DNA from: a virus
DNA length: 64,000 nucleotides
IMG/VR virus record: IMGVR_UViG_3300028029_000006
Span: 184,236 to 248,235 of that record
Reading direction: 5' to 3' (one strand)
Below are positions 49,065-58,538 of this stretch, piece after piece. Position 1 is the first letter of the stretch. Every line of letters starts with the position of its first letter. The notes under the pieces are model-generated. The model saw only the letters and a list, made by a program, of their open reading frames with translations, searched no databases and had not been told where the DNA came from. A program made the position numbers and the translations under genes.

Positions 49065-49269
49065 GAATGATAAATGTAATAATTGTGGCTGTGATGATGC
49101 GTATGAATCATACCAAGGGGACATGTTTTGCGAAACATGTTTTGAATCTCAACAATCTTATAGGAAAAGTTCCCGAGGAATGATTGAATTGGAACATGAT
49201 ATGTCAGATTCTTATTATGATTATCCTGGTGATGATTGTGAGTATGACAATCCACAATTCCACATGTAG
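49057..49269 (+). CDS. small Zn-finger protein
   Basis: CNNC..CETC. Confidence 0.55.
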   Translation: MSKNDKCNNCGCDDAYESYQGDMFCETCFESQQSYRKSSRGMIELEHDMSDSYYDYPGDDCEYDNPQFHM

Positions 49270-49368
49270 GAATTATGATTGAAGATTATCATTATGCAAC
49301 GATGTTTCTATCAATGGGATTGAGTTGTTTTATTATTGAACTAGTTAAGTTTCTTTAGAAAGATTAAA

Positions 49369-49710
49369 ATGACATTTGTAAAGGGTGAAGGACAGTTAAG
49401 GCATCAGTTTTTTGGACGATACTCTGCAAGAATCGCAATCGGATTCTCCGATATGAAATCAGCACTTAGTGCTATTGATTTTCTTGTTGGTAAGTGGGAA
49501 GCTATTGAGAATAATGGAAGAGTTGGGATTGTGTTTGAAGGTTCTGATCCTGAACTTAAGAAAGTATTAGATCAACTGGAAGAGTTTGGGGCCCCAAAGG
49601 AAAAAGTTTCTAGCCTCAAATATAGTGTTGATTATGGTGAAATTTTTGAGGTAACTATTCCTGTTACTGCTAAAGAACAAGAGAAATTATGGGGCAGAAT
49701 TCTGAAATAA
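49369..49710 (+). CDS. hypothetical protein
   Basis: AGAAAG RBS. Confidence 0.65.
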   Translation: MTFVKGEGQLRHQFFGRYSARIAIGFSDMKSALSAIDFLVGKWEAIENNGRVGIVFEGSDPELKKVLDQLEEFGAPKEKVSSLKYSVDYGEIFEVTIPVTAKEQEKLWGRILK

Positions 49711-49973
49711 AAGCTGATGATATTCGTTATATGAAATCTTTTTATAAAAAATCTTGGAAAGAAGCGGAAAAAGTTTATATTTTTTGTGTGATTGGAAGCT
49801 GTATAATTTACAGTCTTTCAATCTATTTAGGTGCTAACTATATATACATTATGGTTGGCCAAGCAACCACCATTATAACATTAACTTATCTTTTTAGAAA
49901 AGAAACGAATCGTATAGTGAAATCTGAAATTAAATTCTTGGCGGAAGTAAAAAATGGCACATTTAGATTCTAA
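49689..49973 (+). CDS. membrane protein
   Basis: Two hydrophobic segments. Confidence 0.55.
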   Translation: MGQNSEIKADDIRYMKSFYKKSWKEAEKVYIFCVIGSCIIYSLSIYLGANYIYIMVGQATTIITLTYLFRKETNRIVKSEIKFLAEVKNGTFRF

Positions 49974-50577
49974 AGAAGTTGATATCACTAAGCAAGATAT
50001 TGTAGATGCATTGAGACAACCAGCTAACTTTGCTTATTCTGGTCACAATGAAGACATGTTTCATACTTGGTCATTGGGACCAATTATTTTGAATCATGAT
50101 TCATGCCTTGTTGATGAATCTAATTATGATATGCTTGAGAAACATCTTGAATCTGATGAAAGTTTATCAGAAGAGTGGGCAATTACTAGGTGTTCATTTT
50201 GGGGTGATGGTTGGGTTGATCATATTAGTTTTCGAGCTATCGAAGATTTTAAAAATGATGATGACCCAAAGGTTCCAACGAGAATTTTCCGAGTGTTAAC
50301 AGAATGGTTTGATACATTAAAAGAATCTTTTATTCTCAATGAGATTGATTATAGTAACAAGATTTTTGAAGCTACAATTGAAAATATTGGTAACGTTGGT
50401 CTTTGTATGACCAAAGATGAGATTCCAGATGATTGGATTAGCAAATGTTATTCTTGGTTTGAATCTAATTGTCCTAATGAGATTGAGGACACAGATGGTT
50501 TCGGTGGTTATCCAAGCGATGATAAAATGAAAGAGTGTTTGGGTGAGTTGGGTTTTCTAGAAGAGGAAGGTTATTAA
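49954..50577 (+). CDS. conserved phage hypothetical protein
   Basis: DS..ESNY..W.DGWVD..L.E.DYS pattern. Confidence 0.7.
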   Translation: MAHLDSKEVDITKQDIVDALRQPANFAYSGHNEDMFHTWSLGPIILNHDSCLVDESNYDMLEKHLESDESLSEEWAITRCSFWGDGWVDHISFRAIEDFKNDDDPKVPTRIFRVLTEWFDTLKESFILNEIDYSNKIFEATIENIGNVGLCMTKDEIPDDWISKCYSWFESNCPNEIEDTDGFGGYPSDDKMKECLGELGFLEEEGY

Positions 50578-50859
50578 ATGTATACTTATATTATTGGTTT
50601 TATTGTTAATTTAATTCTTATGGCAGTAATTATTAGATGGTTACCTATTGGTAAGTTAGCAAGGCTTGTAATTAAAACAGCTGAAAATGATGCAGCTAAA
50701 GCTCATTTTACTATTATGATAATTGGAGGGCCAATTACTGTATTTGCTATATTTTTTTACACATTTTTCAATCTAATTGCTTTTCCAAAGGAGAAAACAA
50801 TCCCTGAAGTAGAAGAGAAGAAGAGCGAATATAGAGACTGTGCTAAAAAAGAAAGTTAG
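50578..50859 (+). CDS. membrane protein
   Basis: Two hydrophobic segments. Confidence 0.6.
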   Translation: MYTYIIGFIVNLILMAVIIRWLPIGKLARLVIKTAENDAAKAHFTIMIIGGPITVFAIFFYTFFNLIAFPKEKTIPEVEEKKSEYRDCAKKES

Positions 50860-50919
50860 GACGAAACATGCTTTGATTAGCATGTATAATGGTATGAAGC
50901 CTTTACTGATGAGTCCCAA
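50856..50919 (+). ncRNA. type II hammerhead ribozyme
   Basis: GGAC-GAAA-CATGCT/AGCATG-TA-stem I-CTGATGA-GTCC; complete core; predicted cleavage after GUA at 50886. Confidence 0.88.
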
Positions 50920-51102
50920 ATCACGCACGTATGCACAACAACTTAGTTAAGATAATCTGATTAAGTTGGGTTGCGGTTTATGTAATTATCTTGGGAGATA
51001 TTTATGTGAGCGAGGTAGAGGTGAAAAAACTGTTAACAACAATGATGATAGATTGTTAATTGGCCACAAGATCATCTGGCATTCATGCATGAGTGTCATT
51101 AT

Positions 51103-51214
51103 GCCTGACTGGTTTGTGGAGTTGTATTGATTTCCGGGTTTTGTTATATTCATAGATGCACTTGCTTTGATTTTCAATACGATTTTATCGAAGGTTCAAA
51201 TCCTTTGACAGGCT
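51103..51214 (+). ncRNA. anticodon-less tRNA-like RNA with long central stem
   Basis: GCCTGAC/GACAGGC acceptor; GTTGTATTGA/TCAATACGAT stem; GAAGG-TTCAAAT-CCTTT. Confidence 0.55.
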
Positions 51215-51243
51215 CTAGTTAAATAACAAATAAGAAAGATAAC

Positions 51244-51477
51244 ATGACAGAACATATTAAGTGGCCAAAGATTACATCATTTCATAATGTACGAAAGGCA
51301 GTTAACAAATACCCTGAACTTTGTGGTACTAGTTTAAAGATTTCTTACATAGCTAAAATTAAGCTACACGGAACGAATTCGGCAATTCAGATTTCATCTA
51401 AAGATAATTCTGTTGTAGCTCAAAGTCGCTCTAGTAAGTGTCGGCTTTGGTATGTGGATAAAATCAATACTAGATAG
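51244..51477 (+). pseudogene. truncated Rnl2-family RNA ligase
   Basis: Motif I KLHGTN and Ia QSR, then similarity stops; later motifs not found. Confidence 0.7.
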
Positions 51478-51693
51478 ATAAAATCAATGCTACATAGACT
51501 GTGTTGGTTGGTGAGCCCACACGGCTTCGCTCAATAGCGTATGGCGGTAGCTAGCAGGCCCTACAAAGCCTCCCGTCACCTATGGCAGGGCCCACCATGG
51601 CGGCACGGTATGCCGGCCGTGTTCGCGCTGTGGTTAAAATGAAGTTAAGATGGTTTTTGGCGCTGCTGATCACAAATTATATAAAGGTTTTGA

Positions 51694-52233
51694 ATGAGTA
51701 ATTTAAAAAAAGAAATAATTGATATCTCTATTAAATATGATTATGAATTAGATTTAGAGTTCACTGAAGATAATGTTTTAACAGCTAAATCCAAAAAAGA
51801 GTTCGGGGATAAACTTACAAAAGTAAGTACCACTCAAAGATTCTCAGAAAAATTTATTAGAGAATTTAAAAATGAAGTATATTGGTTTTGGGTATCTTGT
51901 AACAGTGATTTATCAGAAACATTTATTAGAGAATTTAAAGGTGAAGTAGATTGGCAATGTATATCTCAATATCAAACATTATCTGAAACATTTATTAGAG
52001 AATTTAAAGATAAAGTAGATTGGTATTGTATATCTGATGGCCAAACATTATCAGAAGAGTTTATTGAAGAGTTTCAAAATGATTTAGATTGGAACGGCAT
52101 TATTATGAATCAAGCTTTAAGCATTTCTTTTATTAAAAAATTATCTAATAAAATTAATTTAATCAATTTAGCTATGAATAACGAAAAGTTTACAGAGCAT
52201 TTAGTGAAGTTATTTTTAACATCTAAGGATTAA
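51694..52233 (+). CDS. Trp-repeat protein
   Basis: N-cap plus about 5 repeats. Confidence 0.82.
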   Translation: MSNLKKEIIDISIKYDYELDLEFTEDNVLTAKSKKEFGDKLTKVSTTQRFSEKFIREFKNEVYWFWVSCNSDLSETFIREFKGEVDWQCISQYQTLSETFIREFKDKVDWYCISDGQTLSEEFIEEFQNDLDWNGIIMNQALSISFIKKLSNKINLINLAMNNEKFTEHLVKLFLTSKD

Positions 52234-52234
52234 T

Positions 52235-52432
52235 ATGTATAAAGTATTTGTAAGAAATTGGTGGAAGAAAAATTCTAAATGTCCTAGTGGAAGAGAGCCT
52301 GATTCTAATGCAAGAAAAATGATTTTAGGTTATATGTCTTCTGAAAAAGAAGCCCGAGATTTTTGCAAAGAATATAACGAAACTCATGAACCAGGTTATC
52401 TAAGTAGGAAAGCGGAGTACATGCAACTCTAA
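52235..52432 (+). CDS. conserved small phage protein
   Basis: VF.RNWWK..EAR..C..YN..LSRKAEY. Confidence 0.65.
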   Translation: MYKVFVRNWWKKNSKCPSGREPDSNARKMILGYMSSEKEARDFCKEYNETHEPGYLSRKAEYMQL

Positions 52433-52438
52433 TGAATT

Positions 52439-52789
52439 ATGAATTACCGTACCAATTATTTAGCTAAAGTAGATGACACAGACAGGTGCCCATTTTGTGA
52501 TATTGATGTGACTTATATTCCTTGGCCTAAGTGTTGGTTTAAAGGAAGATTTTTTCCATCAATGGTTACTGTATCTTCAAGAAGTTTTAGTAATGAACTT
52601 TTTACTGTAACATGTAAGAACTGCAAATATGAGTGGCAACCTAATGAAAAAGAAGAAGAAGTTAATTTAGAAAATAGATACAATACTACTGATAAAGTAG
52701 ATGATTTATACAATAGAAAAAAACCACCAGCATTACCTGTACCACCTATGCCAATGATGGTGCAAGGTCAATGGTCAAAAAATAAATGA
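52439..52789 (+). CDS. Zn-ribbon protein
   Basis: CPFC..CKNC. Confidence 0.6.
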   Translation: MNYRTNYLAKVDDTDRCPFCDIDVTYIPWPKCWFKGRFFPSMVTVSSRSFSNELFTVTCKNCKYEWQPNEKEEEVNLENRYNTTDKVDDLYNRKKPPALPVPPMPMMVQGQWSKNK

Positions 52790-53121
52790 ATAAAAACAAG
52801 TTAGAAGCAATCAAAAAACTATATGAATTAATTAATTGGGTTAATGATAATGATGGGAATGTAGACGCTCAAGATTTCGCAGATAATTGTCATGAAATAT
52901 ACCATTTTGCTTGGTCAGATATGGAAAAACCATCTTACCTAGAGCCGGGTTTGCAAACATTAGATTTAGCTTGCTGCATTATTGATAGAAAAGAAGATTT
53001 TATTAGTTTGGTTAGTCAGCATAGAAACTTGCCAGGCGGTGAATATTATCAAGATGTTCAAGAAGAATGGTATGATGACGAAGAAGAAAAAGCTGAAAGA
53101 GCAGGAATGCTCTACGATTGA
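52786..53121 (+). CDS. hypothetical protein
   Basis: ATGA coupling. Confidence 0.6.
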   Translation: MNKNKLEAIKKLYELINWVNDNDGNVDAQDFADNCHEIYHFAWSDMEKPSYLEPGLQTLDLACCIIDRKEDFISLVSQHRNLPGGEYYQDVQEEWYDDEEEKAERAGMLYD

Positions 53122-53173
53122 AATTAAATAAACATTAACAAATTAACAAGATAGATTTTAGAAAGATAAATAA

Positions 53174-53641
53174 ATGATTAAAAAAATAGAGACAATTGCT
53201 TTTTTGAAAGCACAAGCGGCATCATTGGAAGCCGTTGGCGAAAACAAGCTGGCTAAACAAATGTTTAGTAGAATTAAGGTTCTGGAGGCTCAACTACAGC
53301 GAGCAAAAGTTAAGAGTAAAAATAAGGTAGTTGTTTTGGAGCCTGAGGCTGAAGTTCAAATGGTTTTTTCAGAGGGTCGAGTTTATTTTAAGACTCCTTA
53401 CCCTGGTAGCAGGCGATTGTTTGCTTTTAAAGAAAGCCTTAAGGCTGCATCGTTAGATAATGTTGGTCAGACAAATGCTAAGTGGATTAAGAAACTTAGT
53501 ATGTGGTCTTTTCCTGCAACCCCTAGTGCTATTATTGCTGTCAAGCAAGTGATTGCTAATTTCTTTTCCAATGCAACATTGGTTAATGAGAATGGTGAGA
53601 GCGTTGGCTCTTTACCTAAGAGTAATTATGTTGCAGGGTAA
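53174..53641 (+). CDS. hypothetical protein
   Basis: AGAAAG RBS. Confidence 0.65.
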   Translation: MIKKIETIAFLKAQAASLEAVGENKLAKQMFSRIKVLEAQLQRAKVKSKNKVVVLEPEAEVQMVFSEGRVYFKTPYPGSRRLFAFKESLKAASLDNVGQTNAKWIKKLSMWSFPATPSAIIAVKQVIANFFSNATLVNENGESVGSLPKSNYVAG

Positions 53642-53665
53642 TTTGTAACAACTAAGAAATGAATT

Positions 53666-53917
53666 ATGAAGAAAATGCGTGGTATTAAGAAATTAAAAAA
53701 GGCACTTTCCATTTTTGAAAAATATAATTTTGATTATGATTTAGATTCGTCTATTTTTTACACAACAGAAAATGTTACAATTTCAAAACGAGATTTTAAA
53801 AAATTAAAAAAAATGTACTTTTATCCTAGCAAAAGTTTCCCATGTTTTATGGAAGGGAGTTACTATGCAAAAAGAGGATTTGGTTTTAAACCACCATGGT
53901 TAAAATGTAATACTTAA
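53666..53917 (+). CDS. hypothetical protein
   Basis: ORF. Confidence 0.5.
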   Translation: MKKMRGIKKLKKALSIFEKYNFDYDLDSSIFYTTENVTISKRDFKKLKKMYFYPSKSFPCFMEGSYYAKRGFGFKPPWLKCNT

Positions 53918-53925
53918 CAGCTAAT

Positions 53926-54267
53926 TTGGAAAATAAATCAAAAGCTTGGAAATTTATTGGGGAAGGTAATGATAGAAAAGTTTATCAATTACCTTCCGGT
54001 AATGTTATTAAGATTCCTATCCCTCATACTAATGGTGAGTTTGTTAATTGTCGAGAAGATTATCTTTGGAAAAATAGAATAAACTATGATGAACAATTTG
54101 CTCGTTGTAGATTAATTCCAGGAACATTTTTATTAGTAATGGAATTTGTTAAAACGTTTAGTTGTTCATCGGATTATAAAAATTTACCTAATTGGTGCAG
54201 TTACATTGATTGCAGTCAAGTTGGTTTAAATAAAAAAGGTAAACTTGTAGCTTATGATTACGGTTAG
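53926..54267 (+). CDS. minimal protein-kinase-like protein
   Basis: IGEG..RKVY, VIKIP, N..E, LVMEFV, D..QVG, YDYG. Confidence 0.55.
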   Translation: MENKSKAWKFIGEGNDRKVYQLPSGNVIKIPIPHTNGEFVNCREDYLWKNRINYDEQFARCRLIPGTFLLVMEFVKTFSCSSDYKNLPNWCSYIDCSQVGLNKKGKLVAYDYG

Positions 54268-54310
54268 GAATGAATTATGATTGAAGAATTAAACATGGAA
54301 GATAAATAAA

Positions 54311-54499
54311 ATGCTTTATTGTGTTAATGAAAATTGGGATAACGATGGAAGCATTGGTTACTCCTCTGTAAAAGAGTTTACTGATATGTGTGAAGGTTGT
54401 TTTGATCTAGTTCCAGTCTTAGTTGAAGATTGGGAAGGTGATTGGTTTGAGAAACAAGGTGATAATTTGATTCTTACATTGGAGAAGCGTGATGTATAA
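54311..54499 (+). CDS. hypothetical protein
   Basis: ORF. Confidence 0.5.
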   Translation: MLYCVNENWDNDGSIGYSSVKEFTDMCEGCFDLVPVLVEDWEGDWFEKQGDNLILTLEKRDV

Positions 54500-54878
54500 G
54501 ATTAACAAAGAACATATTGAGAATTTGCTTAACCGAAATGATGAAATTGGAGTTGCTTCGGTTCGCAAAGCGATGTTGGTTTTGCATAATAAAAAAGATG
54601 TTGATGGATTTCATCGAGGTGACTGGTGCAATGGAGCTTTTTATGCTAACTTAGTTGAGCTTGGTTATAAACTGGGTGCTCAGCATTTTAAGAATGCCAA
54701 GAAGATGGCTTTGAAGTATTCAGATCAATTGGTTGTGGCAGCTCAGAAAAAAGCTGAAGATAGATACTTTGAAAGTTACAGGCAGGTTAATTTGAATGCC
54801 AAGCATTCAAGTAAGATTGTGAGTAATTTAAATGAAATGGAAAGCATTCCTAAAACAAAGCGTTCGAAAGTTGCGTAA
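54492..54878 (+). CDS. hypothetical protein
   Basis: Operonic ORF. Confidence 0.6.
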   Translation: MYKINKEHIENLLNRNDEIGVASVRKAMLVLHNKKDVDGFHRGDWCNGAFYANLVELGYKLGAQHFKNAKKMALKYSDQLVVAAQKKAEDRYFESYRQVNLNAKHSSKIVSNLNEMESIPKTKRSKVA

Positions 54879-54879
54879 T

Positions 54880-55176
54880 ATGATTAGTCTTGATAAGTTT
54901 GTTGAGTCTGTTTTTAGTACTGAAGATGATTCAGTTAAGATTCCTATGAAGATGTGGTCTGTTGAAGATGATCGTTTGAAAGGAGTTGTTCCTAATCATG
55001 TCGCTCAAGGTGATATGGTTTATTTTAGAGGCGAGAAAATCATTAGAACATCTAAGATTACTAATCTATTTTGTGACCATGATGGTAATTATGCTAAGAC
55101 GGAGTCTGGTACTGTTTACAAGTTGGTTGGATTGAGTCGAGAAGATTTGATTGAAGAGTCTAATAATGAGCTATAG
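54880..55176 (+). CDS. conserved phage protein
   Basis: IRTSKI..TESGTVYKL motif. Confidence 0.6.
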   Translation: MISLDKFVESVFSTEDDSVKIPMKMWSVEDDRLKGVVPNHVAQGDMVYFRGEKIIRTSKITNLFCDHDGNYAKTESGTVYKLVGLSREDLIEESNNEL

Positions 55177-55471
55177 AAATTTAAAGGAAGTTGAGATTGA
55201 AACGGATGAAGATGATTTTAACGCCAACTCTGCGCTTCAATTAAATAAAGAACACAACAAAAAAGAGAAGCATAAGAAAAAGCTTATTAAACTTTTTGAA
55301 TCGAAAAAAATCTATGGTGATTTTATTAAAAAAGTTAAACATAATAGTAAGCAAAGTATATTAGAAATTGGATTTAATTTTTATGATTATAATATTTCTT
55401 ATAGTAATACTGATGATATTGATTTTTTAAGAGATTATTTAAGAAAAAGCTTGAAGAAAAAGGTTTTATAG
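55166..55471 (+). CDS. hypothetical protein
   Basis: ORF. Confidence 0.45.
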   Translation: MSYRNLKEVEIETDEDDFNANSALQLNKEHNKKEKHKKKLIKLFESKKIYGDFIKKVKHNSKQSILEIGFNFYDYNISYSNTDDIDFLRDYLRKSLKKKVL

Positions 55472-55557
55472 TTACTAAACTTATTTATAAGCATATAAAT
55501 TATAGTATAATATCAGATGATTTCAATGTATCATGGGATGTTTCTGTTAGTGCTATT

Positions 55558-55998
55558 TTGCCGGAAAATGATTCTGAACTAAACGCAAATCAAGCTGCTT
55601 GGTTAGCTAAATTAAATGATGAGAGTATCATAGTAGATTCCCCTCAAGAAATCTACAAAGATAGATTTATTACATTAATAAAAGCTGCAGCAGCAAGAGG
55701 TAAAAAAGAAATATCAATGACAGTTGATTTGGATTCATTTGAATATAGATTTAAAAAAGATATTGTTAAGAATCTAGCTGAAATTCTTAGGTTAAAAAAC
55801 TTTAATGTAAAATACACAATCAAAGATGATTATGATTATGATAACATGATTTTTCACGTTAGCTGGGGTAAATTTAAACCTAAAACAATTGTAAAACCTC
55901 AAACAAGAAAAGAAAAAATGGTAAATGTAGCGCAAATTGGATTCATCGCTTTCTGTCTTTCGTTTGCGTTCATTGGGATTCCATTGTGGCTCTTCTAA
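55558..55998 (+). CDS. hypothetical protein with C-terminal TM
   Basis: Start uncertain. Confidence 0.5.
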   Translation: MPENDSELNANQAAWLAKLNDESIIVDSPQEIYKDRFITLIKAAAARGKKEISMTVDLDSFEYRFKKDIVKNLAEILRLKNFNVKYTIKDDYDYDNMIFHVSWGKFKPKTIVKPQTRKEKMVNVAQIGFIAFCLSFAFIGIPLWLF

Positions 55999-56004
55999 AA
56001 TATT

Positions 56005-56262
56005 ATGATAAATATTAGATTAATTAATAAGATTAAATTCTTTGCCAAGCCTATTTGTTTGGCAGCCTTGCTTCCTTTAATTTGTTATATTGAAAAAACT
56101 GTTTTCGGATCTATCAATAACAGTTTCGTTGTGTACAGTTTCATAGTAAGCTTGTATCTTATGAAAGCTCCTATGAAGCACTTATCTGAGTTGGTGTTTG
56201 CGACTGTCGCTGGTTTAACCTCAGTTTTGTTATGCGTTATTTTTATGGTGACGTTTATGTAG
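56005..56262 (+). CDS. membrane protein
   Basis: Three hydrophobic segments. Confidence 0.55.
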   Translation: MINIRLINKIKFFAKPICLAALLPLICYIEKTVFGSINNSFVVYSFIVSLYLMKAPMKHLSELVFATVAGLTSVLLCVIFMVTFM

Positions 56263-56277
56263 GTTGAAAAAATAATT

Positions 56278-57642
56278 ATGAAGAGTGTAATGGAAATAAA
56301 CTGTTTTGGCAATAAATATTGGAAATTACCAAACGGAGATTTACATAGAGACAATGATTTACCAGCTGTTGAATGGGCAGATGGAGCTAAAGAATGGTGG
56401 TTAAATGGAGATCTTCATAGAGGTAATGACTTACCAGCTATTGAATATAAAAATGGAGAAAAGTATTGGTATGTAAATGGGAAACTACATAGAACTGATG
56501 GCTCAGCATTTGAAAATGCAAGTGGTCATAAATTATGGTATCTTGAAAATGTCAGGTATTCTGAAGAAGAGTTTAATGAAAAAGTTAAAATGATTTCTAC
56601 ATATTCAACAAGTGGAAGTGGAGTGGAACATTGGAGATTACCAAATGGTTCTCTTCATAGAGAGAATAATTTACCAGCAAAAGAATACACAGATGGAACT
56701 CAAAAATGGTTTTTTAATGGTAAACTTCATAGAACAAATGGTCCAGCTATTGAGTGGGCAAATGGAGATAAATATTGGTATCTTGAAGGTATTCGTTACT
56801 CTAAAGAAGAGTACAACGAGAAGGTTAAAACGATTTCTACATGTAAAATATATGAAAATGGAGATAAACGTTGGAGATTACCAAATGGTAAACTTCATAG
56901 AGAAAATGATTTGCCAGCTGCTGAATGGTTAAATGGAAGTAAATTTTGGTATGTAAATGGTTTAAATCATAGAACAAATGGTCCAGCAGTTGAATATGCA
57001 GGTGGAGATAAATACTGGTGGCTTGAAGGTGTAAGGTATTCTGAAGAAGAGTATAATAATATTAATAAAACCAAAAACGAAAACGAAAATGATATGAAAG
57101 AAAATGAAATGGACGAACAACCAGAAAAGAAATATGAAGAAGGTGGCAGCACATCAAAACTTGACAAAGTCAAAAGTGCCGGAAGCAAAATCGGAAGCTC
57201 AATCAAGCATGGTTTTGCAGTTGGTGCAGCAACCGAAGGGGCAAATTTGGCATTCAATTTTTTCTTTGAGAAGCTTGGCCTTCCAAAAGAATTCTTAAAT
57301 GATCCAATTAAGAAAGAAATTCTTATGGGGTTGTCAGTGGCCGCTCTTTATGTAGGGTCTTCTGTTTATGAAGAACAGGTTCCTGGCATGAAAAGATTGC
57401 AAAACGGTTGTGAGTTGGTTATCGAAGGTAAAAGCAAAGATAACTTCACAGCGCTAACTTCACATGTTCTTCCAATGTTGATGCAAGCAAGTGAATTAAT
57501 GAAACCGAATTCTCTTATTAATTCATTAACTAAGCAAGAGAAGCTAAGAGTTGAAAATGTTAACGCAATTTCATCTGGTGAATTAATTAATGAAGAGGAA
57601 GGAGATTATGAACAAGCAAACAGTATTACCAGATCATCATGA
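56278..57642 (+). CDS. HRENDLPA-repeat protein fused to KHG-GAATEGAN domain
   Basis: Three repeat modules, then a domain paralogous to the C-terminus of 58539. Confidence 0.85.
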   Translation: MKSVMEINCFGNKYWKLPNGDLHRDNDLPAVEWADGAKEWWLNGDLHRGNDLPAIEYKNGEKYWYVNGKLHRTDGSAFENASGHKLWYLENVRYSEEEFNEKVKMISTYSTSGSGVEHWRLPNGSLHRENNLPAKEYTDGTQKWFFNGKLHRTNGPAIEWANGDKYWYLEGIRYSKEEYNEKVKTISTCKIYENGDKRWRLPNGKLHRENDLPAAEWLNGSKFWYVNGLNHRTNGPAVEYAGGDKYWWLEGVRYSEEEYNNINKTKNENENDMKENEMDEQPEKKYEEGGSTSKLDKVKSAGSKIGSSIKHGFAVGAATEGANLAFNFFFEKLGLPKEFLNDPIKKEILMGLSVAALYVGSSVYEEQVPGMKRLQNGCELVIEGKSKDNFTALTSHVLPMLMQASELMKPNSLINSLTKQEKLRVENVNAISSGELINEEEGDYEQANSITRSS

Positions 57643-58060
57643 CCTGGAAGCATTTGTTTCCGCATTATATTGTGGAAAATTATATCCTAATTTAGTTCTT
57701 ATTGATACAATTGAGTTATTTATTAATAATGGATTGATAATTAAAGATGAGGATGATCCTAAAAATTATTTAATAACTGACAAAGCGAGGGAAATGTCAG
57801 CAAAGTTGTTGACAAAATTTTCTAAGATGTTAGAGTCAGATGTAGATGAAACTTTAATACTGTGGGATAAATTTGATGCTCAGGAATATTTGACTTATTC
57901 TGAAATTAAGGTTTTAATTAAAAACTCTGAAGATAGTCTTGCCTGTTTAGAGGAGTACGATTCTTATTCCAAAGAGCGTGGAGAAAATTTAAATAAACAT
58001 GGTATTATGATTAGCCAGCGTAGTTTAAAATCTATGCAGTTTCTTAGAAACAAGGATTAA
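57608..58060 (+). CDS. hypothetical protein
   Basis: GGAG RBS. Confidence 0.6.
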   Translation: MNKQTVLPDHHDLEAFVSALYCGKLYPNLVLIDTIELFINNGLIIKDEDDPKNYLITDKAREMSAKLLTKFSKMLESDVDETLILWDKFDAQEYLTYSEIKVLIKNSEDSLACLEEYDSYSKERGENLNKHGIMISQRSLKSMQFLRNKD

Positions 58061-58538
58061 AAATGAAATTAACATTAAAAGATTATAGTGACGAATCCTT
58101 TGAGTATTCTTGTTTCGCTATTGAAAAAGCGGTTCATGATGGTAAAGAATGGGAGGCATGAAGTTTAATGATTAACGCTGAAGAAATCGCTCTTCTTGAG
58201 GAAGAGCTTGAGGTAAAAGGTGGTTGGTATCCTGAATTGGATGTTAGTTTGGATCAGCTTAAGGTTCTAACTGAATTTCAAGTTGATCTATCTGACTTGA
58301 AAAGGCTTTAATTTAAGAAAGATAATCTTTGTTGTCCCAAAGGATGCGGTTGGTATTTCTCACTGTATTGTGATAGCTATATTTTGTTTATTAATAAACA
58401 AAATACTTACTCTAATTTTAAGCCATACAGTTTTCTTTTTTGGTTAGCTCAAGAGGCCGCGACTCTTGAAGTTAAATTTCGTGATATTATTATCTACAAA
58501 TTTTCAGAAGATTTTAAAATTAATATAAGTCACTTTCA

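Noticed and set aside
51510-51560. Group II intron domain V
   Set aside because: Only the GAGCC start matches; the DV hairpin cannot be completed and no RT or 3' ligase exon follows
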